Source: an archaeon (GTDB lineage Archaea > Nanobdellota > Nanobdellia > Pacearchaeales > GW2011-AR1). From it: a stretch of 64,000 nucleotides of DNA. Both the position numbers and the translations under genes were made by a program. Location: positions 97,049 through 161,048 of the forward strand of contig JABHLR010000005.1 of assembly GCA_018693315.1 (NCBI GenBank), read 5' to 3'. Of this stretch, positions 19,215-28,448 are shown piece after piece (the stretch's first letter is position 1; every line of letters begins with the position of its first letter). Under the pieces are notes generated by a model. The model worked only from the letters and a program-made list of their open reading frames with translations, was not told the origin of the DNA and ran no database searches.

Positions 19215-21122
19215 ATGGATTATAATACGACTAGTTTCGAGAGTTTTTATGGTGGCGGTGCGAGTTCGCTTAGTCCTGAGTATGGGAATTTTACTGGATA
19301 TCGGATGAGTGCATCGCAACTTGGGTTCCCGGGTTCTCCCCAGACTGCCAATCAGTTGGGTGAGGCGATTAATGCGGCGAAACAGGGCGTTAAGGCTTTT
19401 GAGGTTCAGATGTTGCAGCCTGATGCAGCGGAGACGATTCCTAAGCAGCATTTTAAGGAGATGAGGGCGTTGATGAAGTTGAGTGGGGTTAAGCCTTCTG
19501 TGCATGGGCCGATGATTGATGCGGCTGGATTTGATGATAAAGGGAATTGGGGACAGGAGTTTGGTCGTGCTAGTAATGAAAGAAGAATGTTTGATACTTT
19601 GGAGAAGGCTTATGCGCTTGGTCCTGAGGGGAATATTCCAGTTGTGTTTCATTCTTCGGCTGGTACTCCCGGGGCTGAATTTAGACCTGGTGGGAAGGAG
19701 GAAGGCAGAGGAGATGTAATTATGGAAAAGGGGGCGATGATTAATAGGGAGACTGGGCAGGCTTCTCAGGTGAAGGATCGTAGAAGTTATTTTTTGAGTA
19801 CCTCGGAGAAGGATTTTAAGTTGGGAAAAGATGATCTTGAAAAAGGTGGTACGTTAATGACGGTTGAGCGTTCTGTTGATAATAGTAATGCTGTTGATTG
19901 GGATGAGAAGTTGAAGGGTGTTATTATTGAGAAAGGCAAGGTTGATAGGGCTCTTGGTCAGTTGTGGCAAAATGCGGAGGCTTTGAATTTGTCTAATATT
20001 GATATTAATAATGGTGATGAAAGAAAAGTGTTTAATCAGGCCATTAAAAATAATCCGACAGTGCAGAATGAGATGGTCAAGGCGGAAGTTTTGTTGGAGA
20101 ATAATAATTTGACTTTTAGGTCGTTGTTTAATACGGCGTATAAGTATGGTACTGATGAGCAGAGGAAGTTGCTGAAGGAGTTGTCTAGCGATTGGAAAAA
20201 AGATTCTGAGGAAAAAAGTTCTAATCCTTTTAGGGAGCAAATGGATGCTTCAGAGCTTCAGGATACTTATTTTAATAAGTTTAAAGATATCACTTCGAGG
20301 AAGTTGATTGAAAAAGGTGGACTGCTTGTTTCTGATGAAAGGTTCGGGGCGCCAAAGATTTATCAGGAAGCTAATGAATTTGCTATGGATAAGGCGGCGA
20401 CTACTTTTGGGAATTTGGCTATGAAATCTTATGATAAGCTTGGTGCGGATAAATCGCCTATGCTTGCGATTGAGCCGTTTCATCCTGGGGCTGGATTGTC
20501 TAGTACTGATGATATGGTTCAGTTGGTTAAGGCGTCGCGGAAGAATTTTGCGAAACAGTTGGTTGAGGAGAAGGGTTTTAGTAAGGGGGAGGCGAAGGAT
20601 GTTGCTGCTAAAAAGATTGGGGTGACGTGGGATGTTGGGCATATTAATATGATTAAGAAGTATGGGTTTACTGATAAGGATATTGTTAAGCAGACGAAGA
20701 AGATTGCGCCGATGGTTAAGCATGTTCATTTGACTGATAACTTTGGGTTTGCTGATACGCATTTGGCTCCGGGAATGGGGAATGTTCCGATGAAGAAAAT
20801 TTTGGAGCAGCTGGAGAAGACTGGGCGATTTGGTGAGATGAGGAAGATTGTTGAGGCTGGAGCGTTTGTGCAGCATTTTAAGAAGTCGCCGCATGGGTTG
20901 ACGATGGCTGCGTTTGGTTCGCCGCTTTATGCTATGTCTGGGGATTCGATGGGATGGAATCGGGCGATGGATGTTCAAGGTGCATATTTTGGTGGGTATG
21001 GGACGACTAGTCCTTCGACGCATCATCAGTATTTCGGCGCTGGGTTTACTACGATGCCGGTTGAGCTTGGTGGGCAGCAGCCTGGTGGCAATTCGAGATT
21101 CGGTGGGACGCCGATGGCTTGA
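19215..21122 (+). CDS. large protein with xylose-isomerase-like TIM-barrel (AP endonuclease 2 family) features
   Basis: KHVHLTDNFGFADTHLAPGMGNVPMKKILEQL resembles the metal-binding H-x-H-x-D...H...G-x-G motif of this fold. The middle of the protein is a large unrecognised insertion. Confidence 0.6.
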   Translation: MDYNTTSFESFYGGGASSLSPEYGNFTGYRMSASQLGFPGSPQTANQLGEAINAAKQGVKAFEVQMLQPDAAETIPKQHFKEMRALMKLSGVKPSVHGPMIDAAGFDDKGNWGQEFGRASNERRMFDTLEKAYALGPEGNIPVVFHSSAGTPGAEFRPGGKEEGRGDVIMEKGAMINRETGQASQVKDRRSYFLSTSEKDFKLGKDDLEKGGTLMTVERSVDNSNAVDWDEKLKGVIIEKGKVDRALGQLWQNAEALNLSNIDINNGDERKVFNQAIKNNPTVQNEMVKAEVLLENNNLTFRSLFNTAYKYGTDEQRKLLKELSSDWKKDSEEKSSNPFREQMDASELQDTYFNKFKDITSRKLIEKGGLLVSDERFGAPKIYQEANEFAMDKAATTFGNLAMKSYDKLGADKSPMLAIEPFHPGAGLSSTDDMVQLVKASRKNFAKQLVEEKGFSKGEAKDVAAKKIGVTWDVGHINMIKKYGFTDKDIVKQTKKIAPMVKHVHLTDNFGFADTHLAPGMGNVPMKKILEQLEKTGRFGEMRKIVEAGAFVQHFKKSPHGLTMAAFGSPLYAMSGDSMGWNRAMDVQGAYFGGYGTTSPSTHHQYFGAGFTTMPVELGGQQPGGNSRFGGTPMA

Positions 21123-21159
21123 GAAGCTTTATAAAATATGATTACTAGATATTAGTGAA

Positions 21160-22047
21160 ATGGTGAAGGAAAAAAAAGAGAAGGTGAAGCGAGGTATTCG
21201 CGCTTCGCAAGTACCCCACAAGGGGGCAAAAAAGATGAAAGATGTGTCTCCGACTTTGATGCTTGCTGGCGAGAGGGAGATTGCTTCGGATTTTGCGATG
21301 AAGGTTTATCAGGAATTTGATCAGATGATTAAATCGATTGTTTTGTTTGGATCTTCGGCGAAGCAGGTTTCGACCCCGGATTCTGATATTGATGTTATAA
21401 TTATTATTGATGATGTTTCGGTTAAATGGGATAATGAGTTGATCGGCTGGTATCGTGATGAGTTGGGGAAAATTATTCAGAACAATCCTTATGCGAAGGC
21501 TTTGCATATTAATACTGTGAAATTGTCGACGTGGTGGGATGATATGATGAGGGGAGATCCTGTTGTTCTGAATGTTTTGAGATATGGTGATGCTTTGGTT
21601 GATTTTGGGGGATTTTTTAATCCGTTGAAGGTTTTGTTGAAAGAAGGGAAAATTAGGTCTACGCCTGAGTCGATTTATACTTTGTTGCAGAGAGCGCCTG
21701 GACATATGACTCGTGCTAAGCAGTCGATGTTGGCTGTTGTTGATGGGCTTTATTGGACGATGGTTGATGCGGCTCATGCTGCTTTGATTGCTGCTGATGT
21801 TATGCCTTCATCTCCTGAAGATGTTCCGAAATCTTTGAGTGATACTTTTGTTAGAAATAAAAAATTGCATAAAAAGTTTGTTGGTTATTATGAGGAAGTC
21901 CATGGGGTTGCGAAGGAAATTGTGCATGGTAGTTTGACTTCTATTAGGGGTAAAGATTTGGATAATTGGTTTGCCATTACGGATGAATTTCTTGGGGAAA
22001 TGGCTAGGCTGGTAGATGAGATTATAGATAATAAATCTACGAAATAA
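21160..22047 (+). CDS. nucleotidyltransferase (Pol-beta superfamily) domain protein
   Basis: VLFGSSAKQVSTPDSDIDVIIIIDD (GS...DxD). Its C-terminal helical region is homologous to that of the 46450..48306 protein. Confidence 0.75.
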   Translation: MVKEKKEKVKRGIRASQVPHKGAKKMKDVSPTLMLAGEREIASDFAMKVYQEFDQMIKSIVLFGSSAKQVSTPDSDIDVIIIIDDVSVKWDNELIGWYRDELGKIIQNNPYAKALHINTVKLSTWWDDMMRGDPVVLNVLRYGDALVDFGGFFNPLKVLLKEGKIRSTPESIYTLLQRAPGHMTRAKQSMLAVVDGLYWTMVDAAHAALIAADVMPSSPEDVPKSLSDTFVRNKKLHKKFVGYYEEVHGVAKEIVHGSLTSIRGKDLDNWFAITDEFLGEMARLVDEIIDNKSTK

Positions 22048-22169
22048 TTTTTATTTTTAATGACAACTTCTTGATAAAAGATTTTCTTATGTGCGCTTGC
22101 ACGCAGCGAAAATTTTTATAATACGAATTTATCTACTAAAAATAAAAAATATCTAAAAATAAAAAATAA

Positions 22170-23195
22170 TTAATCTGATGTTTGGTTTGCAACTATGTAT
22201 TCTATTGCTTCACTTGCTTTTCTTGGGATATCTCTAGCTAGGTGATTTGTTGCAGCCTCTGCATCGCCGTATGTGGCTTTAAGCTGAGCTCTATCATTTT
22301 CTCTGCTAGCGTATAAGAATTCTCTGTTAGTATTTGCTTCTTCTCTTGTTATGTTTCCAGCATCTCTTTCCTTATCTACGTGTTCTAATCCAGCTTCATA
22401 TGCTTCTTCCATTCTTTCTCCTTTCTCCTTTTGTGCTTGGCCTATGCTGTTTGCCCTGTAGAGATTTCTTCCTACAAAATTTGCTATTCCTCCAGCGTCT
22501 TTTGTTGCATCCATTGCATTCTCTGAGAAAAGTGTTTTATATGCTCTTACGACTTTACTATCGTCTCCAGGTCTGCTTCCTGTAGCGGCTCTAATTACTG
22601 CACGTTGCATATCTGTTAAATGATCTAATTTTCCATCTACATATGCTTGTTCGTCTGTTTCAATCTGTGTAACTTCTTCATGGTATGCTCTTATGTGTTC
22701 AACTGCTGTGTTGTGTTTTAGTGCAGAATCTCTTTCTGGGTCGCCCTCTGCTGGGACCTCTACCTCAAAGGCAGTTGTTTCAAGATCTTTTGGTTTGTTT
22801 AGAACTATTCTTTCTGCTTGTTCTGTATCAACACCATTAACGATTGCTGTTAGTTGTGTTGCGAATTTGACTACATAATCCATAAATTGAGGTCGAATAA
22901 CATCTCTTTCAAGATTTTTTCTTAAAGAATTAAATTCTTGGTCGCTTGCGCTACCCAGTACATTATTATCTGCTCCATATAATACGCTGTTAAGTTCTTG
23001 CCTGTTAAGATCTCTAAAATTTTGAGCTAATTCGTTATGGCTCATAAAATCTCCAGAATTAAAATCTCCTTCAGTGCTTATTCCCCCGAAAATTACTTCA
23101 TGGGAATCTCCATTATCTTGGAGTACCGCTGGCCTTCTTTTCTTTTGTCTTTGTGTGTTTATCATTTTATTATTTGTTTTAGCATGTAGTGTCAT
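22170..23195 (-). CDS. hypothetical protein (341 aa)
   Basis: Long ORF flanked by very AT-rich spacers. No motif recognised. Confidence 0.55.
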   Translation of the reverse strand: MTLHAKTNNKMINTQRQKKRRPAVLQDNGDSHEVIFGGISTEGDFNSGDFMSHNELAQNFRDLNRQELNSVLYGADNNVLGSASDQEFNSLRKNLERDVIRPQFMDYVVKFATQLTAIVNGVDTEQAERIVLNKPKDLETTAFEVEVPAEGDPERDSALKHNTAVEHIRAYHEEVTQIETDEQAYVDGKLDHLTDMQRAVIRAATGSRPGDDSKVVRAYKTLFSENAMDATKDAGGIANFVGRNLYRANSIGQAQKEKGERMEEAYEAGLEHVDKERDAGNITREEANTNREFLYASRENDRAQLKATYGDAEAATNHLARDIPRKASEAIEYIVANQTSD

Positions 23196-23296
23196 TTTAT
23201 AATGATAACCTTTTGCTATGATATATCTAGATAATTATGGTTTATAAACCTTTCGGTTTTGTCGTGTCTGTGTGGTAGTTACAAAAAGTGGAAATT

Positions 23297-25777
23297 CTAG
23301 TTAAAAATGTCTTCTTTTCTTGGCTTGTCTTCTTTTGGCTCTTCGACAACTTCTATATCACTAATTGGTTCTGGATTTTGGAGGGCTTTTTTTGCTTTGT
23401 CGTCGTCGATTTTTCGTTCTTGAATCTCTTCTTTTATTTCTTCTTTGTTGTTGATTGGCTCAATTTTGCTTTCTGGTTTTGGTTGTTCTGTTGCTGGTTT
23501 TTGTTCTTGTGTTTTTGGCTGCGCTCCTGTTTCTAGTTTGTGGACTAGTTCTGAAATTTCTTTTGCCACATCTGCGTTTACTGAAATTGAGTCGATGCCT
23601 TGTTTTACTAGGAATTTTACCATCTCTGGTTTTGATCCGGCTTGTCCGCAGATTGAAGTTTCGACGCCTTGTTTTTTACATTCTCGGATTACTCTTGATA
23701 TTTGTTTTAGGACTGCCCAGTTCATTTCGTCGTAGATGTCTTGGACGTCTTCGTTGCCTCGATCGATTGCTAGTGTGTATTGTGTTAGGTCGTTTGTTCC
23801 GAAAGATATGAAATCGATTTTTTGTTCGCAGATATCTTTGATTAGAATTGATGCTGCTGGCGTCTCTATCATGACTCCGAATTGGACGTTGTTTATTTTT
23901 AACTCGTTGAATATTGTTCTTGCTTTTTTCACTTCGTCGATGGAGATTATTTGTGGAAACATTACTCCGAATTTGTGGCCTTTGTCTGCGAGTTCTTTGC
24001 ATGCCATTAGTTCGGCTTTGAAAATTTCTGGGTGTTTTAGTGAGTATCTGATTCCGTGATCTCCGAGCATTGGATTTTTCTCTGTTTCTTCTGGTGCTCC
24101 TTCTAGGTTCGCGTATTCGTCGTTTCGAATATCTGAGCTTCTTATCCAGATTGGTTTTCCTGGGAATGTTGTTGCGATTTTTTCTAATCCTTCCTTCAGC
24201 ATGTTTTTGTATTCGTCTAGCTTTCCCTCTTTTTCGTATGCGACTGGATGTTTGCCTGAAGTTGCGATTAATCCTTCGAGTCTTACTAATCCGACACCGT
24301 CTGCTTTTGTTTTTGCTGCCCTTTCTGCGAACTTAGGGAGATCGACCATTACTTTGATTTTTGTTTTTGTTTCAACTACAGGTAGGATTTCGACTGCTTT
24401 GTTTTGGGCTTTTCCTGCGAATACTTTTCCGTGGAATCCGTCTACCGTGATTTCGTCTCCGTCTTTTAGGACATCTAGTGCGTTTTGCGCTCCGACGATT
24501 GCTGGTATACCCATTTCTCGTGAGACGATTGCTGCGTGTGCTGTGACTCCGCCTTCTGATGTTAGGATTGCTGCGGCTTTTTGCATTGTGACGACCATAT
24601 CTGGGTTTGTCATTTTTGTTACTAAGATGTCGCCTTGCTTTATTTTTCCAAGGTCGTCCATTGAGTAGATTATTTTGACTGTTCCTGACGCGACTCCTGG
24701 TGACGCTGCCATTCCTTCTGTTAATACTTGGCCGTCGAGGTCAGCCTCTTTTTCATCTGATTCGGATTTTTTCTTTAGTGTTGTTATTGGTCGCGTTTGT
24801 AGAATATAGATATCTTCGTTCTCGATTGCGAATTCGATGTCTTGTGGGTTTTCGTAGTGTTCTTCTAATTTGATCGCGAAATCTGCTAATTGTTTTAACT
24901 CGTAAGTTTTCAAAACTCGTTGTGTGGATTTTTCTGGGGTTAGTTGGATTGTTTTTGTTTGGCCACCCGATGTTCTTATGATTGCTACTTTTTTGTCTGC
25001 AATCTTTTCCTCGATTAGCTCCATTTCTCTTGTTAGTGTGTGCTGATCTGGTTTTATTTTCCCCGACACAATTCCTTCGCCTTGTCCGAAGACCGCTTCG
25101 ACTAAAATTTCTTCATTGTTTTTTACAGGATTTCTGGAGAACATTACTCCTGATTTATCTGAGTTGATCATTTTTTGGACGATTGCTGCGATGCCGACTA
25201 ATCCTTCGAATCCTTTTTTCTTTCGGTAGTAGATTGATCGGGCTGTGAAAATTGAGGCGAAGCATTCTTTGACTTTTTGGATTAGCTCTGGGTTTCCTTT
25301 TACGTTTATGAAAGATGATTGTTGGCCTGCGAAAGATGCGTCTCCGAGGTCTTCTGCTGTTGCCGAGGAACGGACTGATACGAAGATTGGTTCTCGTGCG
25401 GATTTTAGGATTGCTAGTGCGCCTGGTGAGCTTTTGAGGCCGTCTAAGTCTACATTGAAGTTGTCGTATGCTTCTAGGATTTCGGATTCGAGTTTTTGTG
25501 GCATTTCGGCGTTTGTTACAAGTTCTCGGATTTGTTTTGCTTTTTCTGTCAAGTCGTCTGTGTTGTTGACGTCGATTTTGTTTAGGAGGTCTTTAATCGG
25601 CTGTTCTAGCTTGGCTTCTTTGAGAAATAGGTAAAATGCGTCTGTTGTGACGACGAATGCTGGGGGGACTGGGAATTTTGCGTTGAACATTTCGCCGAGG
25701 TTCGCTCCTTTGCCGCCTGCGAGTTTTATGTCATCTCTAGAAAGATTTGATAGCCATGCGACATATTTATCACCCAT
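23297..25777 (-). CDS. ppsA: phosphoenolpyruvate synthase (PEP/pyruvate-utilising enzyme)
   Basis: GGKGANLGEM, phosphohistidine motif TSEGGVTAHAAIVSREMGIPAIVG, GTNDLTQYTLAIDR. Start set at MGDKYVAW (25777). Low-complexity K/E/P-rich C-terminal tail. Confidence 0.92.
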   Translation of the reverse strand: MGDKYVAWLSNLSRDDIKLAGGKGANLGEMFNAKFPVPPAFVVTTDAFYLFLKEAKLEQPIKDLLNKIDVNNTDDLTEKAKQIRELVTNAEMPQKLESEILEAYDNFNVDLDGLKSSPGALAILKSAREPIFVSVRSSATAEDLGDASFAGQQSSFINVKGNPELIQKVKECFASIFTARSIYYRKKKGFEGLVGIAAIVQKMINSDKSGVMFSRNPVKNNEEILVEAVFGQGEGIVSGKIKPDQHTLTREMELIEEKIADKKVAIIRTSGGQTKTIQLTPEKSTQRVLKTYELKQLADFAIKLEEHYENPQDIEFAIENEDIYILQTRPITTLKKKSESDEKEADLDGQVLTEGMAASPGVASGTVKIIYSMDDLGKIKQGDILVTKMTNPDMVVTMQKAAAILTSEGGVTAHAAIVSREMGIPAIVGAQNALDVLKDGDEITVDGFHGKVFAGKAQNKAVEILPVVETKTKIKVMVDLPKFAERAAKTKADGVGLVRLEGLIATSGKHPVAYEKEGKLDEYKNMLKEGLEKIATTFPGKPIWIRSSDIRNDEYANLEGAPEETEKNPMLGDHGIRYSLKHPEIFKAELMACKELADKGHKFGVMFPQIISIDEVKKARTIFNELKINNVQFGVMIETPAASILIKDICEQKIDFISFGTNDLTQYTLAIDRGNEDVQDIYDEMNWAVLKQISRVIRECKKQGVETSICGQAGSKPEMVKFLVKQGIDSISVNADVAKEISELVHKLETGAQPKTQEQKPATEQPKPESKIEPINNKEEIKEEIQERKIDDDKAKKALQNPEPISDIEVVEEPKEDKPRKEDIFN

Positions 25778-25984
25778 GTTAACTTCTGGTATGGATATTA
25801 TATAAAGTTTGTTGTGAGTTGGTATATGTGTTGGGCGGCTGCCCGTTTGGTCCATTGGAAGTATATAGTGTAATATATATGTTGGAGTATATAGGTTTTG
25901 AGAAATAAAAAAGATGGTTTGTAAGTGTGTGGTTGAATATAGTATATTGTAGTATATAGGTTGTTTGAAATTTTTTTGTTTGGT

Positions 25985-26055
25985 AAAAATTAGGCGGCCA
26001 GCTCATTGCTAGGAATCCCGGGGCAAAGATTCTTTCGCGATGGTGAGCTGGCCGC
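25985..26055 (-). terminator. stem-loop plus U-tract terminator at the left island edge
   Basis: 12-bp perfect stem GCGGCCAGCTCA/TGAGCTGGCCGC (25994-26005 and 26044-26055). On the minus strand it is followed by CCUAAUUUUUACC. Lies 19 nt after the stop of 26074..26547. Confidence 0.6.
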
Positions 26056-26073
26056 TGTTCGGTCGTTTGTCTG

Positions 26074-26547
26074 TCAAGATTCGCAGGACTGGTCGAAGAT
26101 TGAAATTTTTCCTTCGCCGCTATCGTCTTTCTTCGCGGAGTTGTCAGATTTCTGTGGATAAGGAGCGTCCATGATTTGGACATTTTCGTTGCCATCTTGC
26201 CAAGACCAGTTTCCCTCCTCGTTCGTGTCGTCACCGGCTTCATTCGGTTTTGGCGGAGATGCAAGTGCAGCGCCAAGCATAACTGCTAATCCGATCAGGA
26301 GCACTACTGCGCCGCAGGTAAATTCACCCCACGAAGCACTATTGTAGAGATAGTCAGGAACTTCTTTTTGGGAGTCAAAAGCATTTACTCCGTAAGCTGC
26401 TAAGAGAGCTCCTCCCAGTGTTAGAAAGATTCCTACAACCATCCCAATAGTACACAACATTTCTTTGTTTTTCCTTGTCATCGTCTTGCCTGCCTTTCTT
26501 GCTCGATCGCTAGTGGTTCGTTGTTTTATGTAATCCACCAAGACCAT
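26074..26547 (-). CDS. small membrane protein (2 TM), acidic C-terminus
   Basis: TM segments MLCTIGMVVGIFLTLGGALLAAY and CGAVVLLIGLAVMLGAALA. An alternative start at MTRKNKEM (26481) is preceded by GAAAGG. Confidence 0.6.
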   Translation of the reverse strand: MVLVDYIKQRTTSDRARKAGKTMTRKNKEMLCTIGMVVGIFLTLGGALLAAYGVNAFDSQKEVPDYLYNSASWGEFTCGAVVLLIGLAVMLGAALASPPKPNEAGDDTNEEGNWSWQDGNENVQIMDAPYPQKSDNSAKKDDSGEGKISIFDQSCES

Positions 26548-26661
26548 TGTGCGTTGATGGGTTGCTTTCTAATTGTAGAAGATGGCGGCCAACTCTTGTG
26601 AATGGAAGGGTTCGGGGGGGCTTCCGTCCTACAGAGGGGCTGACCGCCAATCTTCGTTAGT

Positions 26662-26817
26662 CTAATTCGATTTGGTTGTTTCGCTGCTTGACATTTCTAT
26701 GCTAACAGCTGGTTTCGTTTCGGCGAATTTTCGTCTTGCGTTTTGCCTGATACAATCTTCGACCAGGGCTATCGCGATACAGACTGCTACGAGTAGAAGA
26801 AGGTGTCGGATCTTCAT
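26662..26817 (-). CDS. small secreted/anchored peptide (51 aa)
   Basis: MKIRHLLLLVAVCIAIALVEDC signal-like N-terminus. AAAGGAG lies 8 nt upstream of the ATG. Overlaps the 3' part of the 26702..27001 frame. Confidence 0.4.
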   Translation of the reverse strand: MKIRHLLLLVAVCIAIALVEDCIRQNARRKFAETKPAVSIEMSSSETTKSN

Positions 26818-27001
26818 GTAGGATCTCCTTTGTCCCGGGTTGGCTTGCCGGAGTTTTTTCTTCTGTTTGCACTTCGGCTTTCGGCGGCGGCGGTTTGGCT
26901 GGTCTTGATGACCGGCATCCATCTTCTGCGACGAAAGTTACAGAGAGAATGGCGAAGGCAATAAGCGATGCGACTACGGTGTGGTTTTCCAAGTCCTTCA
27001 T
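26702..27001 (-). CDS. small secreted/lipoprotein-like protein, Pro/Lys-rich
   Basis: MKDLENHTVVASLIAFAILSVTFVAEDGC. AAGGAG lies 7 nt upstream of the ATG at 27001. The 3' end is uncertain because the frame runs through the next gene. Confidence 0.4.
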   Translation of the reverse strand: MKDLENHTVVASLIAFAILSVTFVAEDGCRSSRPAKPPPPKAEVQTEEKTPASQPGTKEILHEDPTPSSTRSSLYRDSPGRRLYQAKRKTKIRRNETSC

Positions 27002-27194
27002 GGACAACTCCTTTCGATCCATCTTGGCGACGAGCTACTTATTTTTCTTTGCTGCTTTTAGCCTTTTTCTGTGCGCGTCTCTTTTTTCTTGTTCTTTCTT
27101 CTTCTTGTTCTTCTTCATGCGACATTACCTCTTGCTAGTGTAACGAATGGGTTGATGTACTATGTTATCGAGTTTTCACTCGCTGTTTTCTTGT

Positions 27195-27238
27195 TAATAT
27201 AAGAACAAGGCCCCGTTGCGATTGTTCGCGCGGGGGCC
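27195..27238 (-). terminator. hairpin plus U-rich tract downstream of the PEP-CTERM gene
   Basis: Stem GGCCCC/GGGGCC (27209-27214 and 27233-27238), followed on the minus strand by UUGUUCUUAUAUU. Confidence 0.5.
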
Positions 27239-27301
27239 TCATCCCTTCGGCAGTCACCAGGTAGCGAGCGCTTCGTCAAGTTGTCCGCTGCTCACCGGTG
27301 A

Positions 27302-28204
27302 CTAGTTGCGGCGTCTACGTCTCAGTGCTGCCAGTCCGCCGAGTGCCAAGAGTGACATTGTGGCGGGTTCGGGTACGGCTGTGGGACTAAGCGGTATTGC
27401 GGAGTTAAACGCGGCGAGAAAATCCGGGTCGCTATCTACTAGCGTGAGGTCGAAATATGCGTTGATCTCCATGCCGTCCCAAACGGTCTTGTTGCTGTTT
27501 TCGTCCCAGACCGTGTGGGTATAGTCGTCTACCCACAGGCGTGCGTTGTCGATTTCGGCCAGGGCGAACCAGAAGTCGGCGTTGCCGCGGATATCACCAC
27601 TTATCGTGATTATTGGCTCTTCGTCGTATCCGCCGGGCCACGAGTAGGTTCTGTCGTGTTCCATTGAGCTGTCTGCGCTGAATCGGAGACCGGTGTCGAG
27701 CGGGTCGTTCCAGTTGAGACTACTGTGAGGGTACTCTGTCCAATCGTCGACGTTCTGGTCTACGAAAAGGAATCTGGCTGTGATTTCGACTTGGAATTGA
27801 CCGGTGTTGTTGCGACGCTCGATGTCTACCGAGATTCTTCTAGGCAGGATGTTGGTGTCCATCGCGCCCTGTTCGAGTTCGAATCGGAGCGAGCCGCTAC
27901 ATGACTGTTCGTTGACGTATGTCTTGATGTTGCCGAACTGGTCGATGTACTGCTCTGTTGTTTCCGGCCGGTTTGTCGCGGTCATGCCGATCTCCCATCC
28001 AGGTATAAAGTTAATTTCCTGGTAGATTCGAGCTTCCTCGAAGTAGTGAGGAATAGGTATCGGGCTGCCGGTTGATCCGCCGCCTCCACCGGTGCTGCCG
28101 GAGGGGATGGGGATGATCGGATCGGCCTGCGCGTTGTTTGTAATCGCGAGTGCGATGAGAGTGATGGCGATAGTGGATACGATAGTGCGATTGATTTTCA
28201 ACAT
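27302..28204 (-). CDS. PEP-CTERM-anchored secreted protein
   Basis: N-terminal signal peptide ...ITNNAQA/DP. C-terminus is VPEPATMSLLALGGLAALRRRRRN (PEP motif, TM helix, Arg cluster). Confidence 0.85.
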   Translation of the reverse strand: MLKINRTIVSTIAITLIALAITNNAQADPIIPIPSGSTGGGGGSTGSPIPIPHYFEEARIYQEINFIPGWEIGMTATNRPETTEQYIDQFGNIKTYVNEQSCSGSLRFELEQGAMDTNILPRRISVDIERRNNTGQFQVEITARFLFVDQNVDDWTEYPHSSLNWNDPLDTGLRFSADSSMEHDRTYSWPGGYDEEPIITISGDIRGNADFWFALAEIDNARLWVDDYTHTVWDENSNKTVWDGMEINAYFDLTLVDSDPDFLAAFNSAIPLSPTAVPEPATMSLLALGGLAALRRRRRN

Positions 28205-28448
28205 TTGTTTTCCCTTTCAGGGAGGCTTGATTGACTTTCGACCGTTTTGTTATTTATCGACTTACGTTGTTCGACGGGTTTCCCACCTTCTCCTTTGCGT
28301 TTTTCCTTTCACCTCGCGTGGTTTCGTAATAACAGGAGTAGCCGGCCCTTTCGGTTTCTTTTGCCTTCTAAGCGCCTGGTGAGTATGGCGGAAGGCATGG
28401 ACCGGCTACATCCTGCGCGTCTAGGCTCCTCTTGTCAGTTCGGCTCTG

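Noticed and set aside
25778-25855. 26-codon N-terminal extension of ppsA (MDQTGSRPTHIPTHNKLYIISIPEVN).
   Set aside because: Conserved PEP synthase sequence begins at MGDKYVAW, and the extension runs into the AT-rich promoter region.
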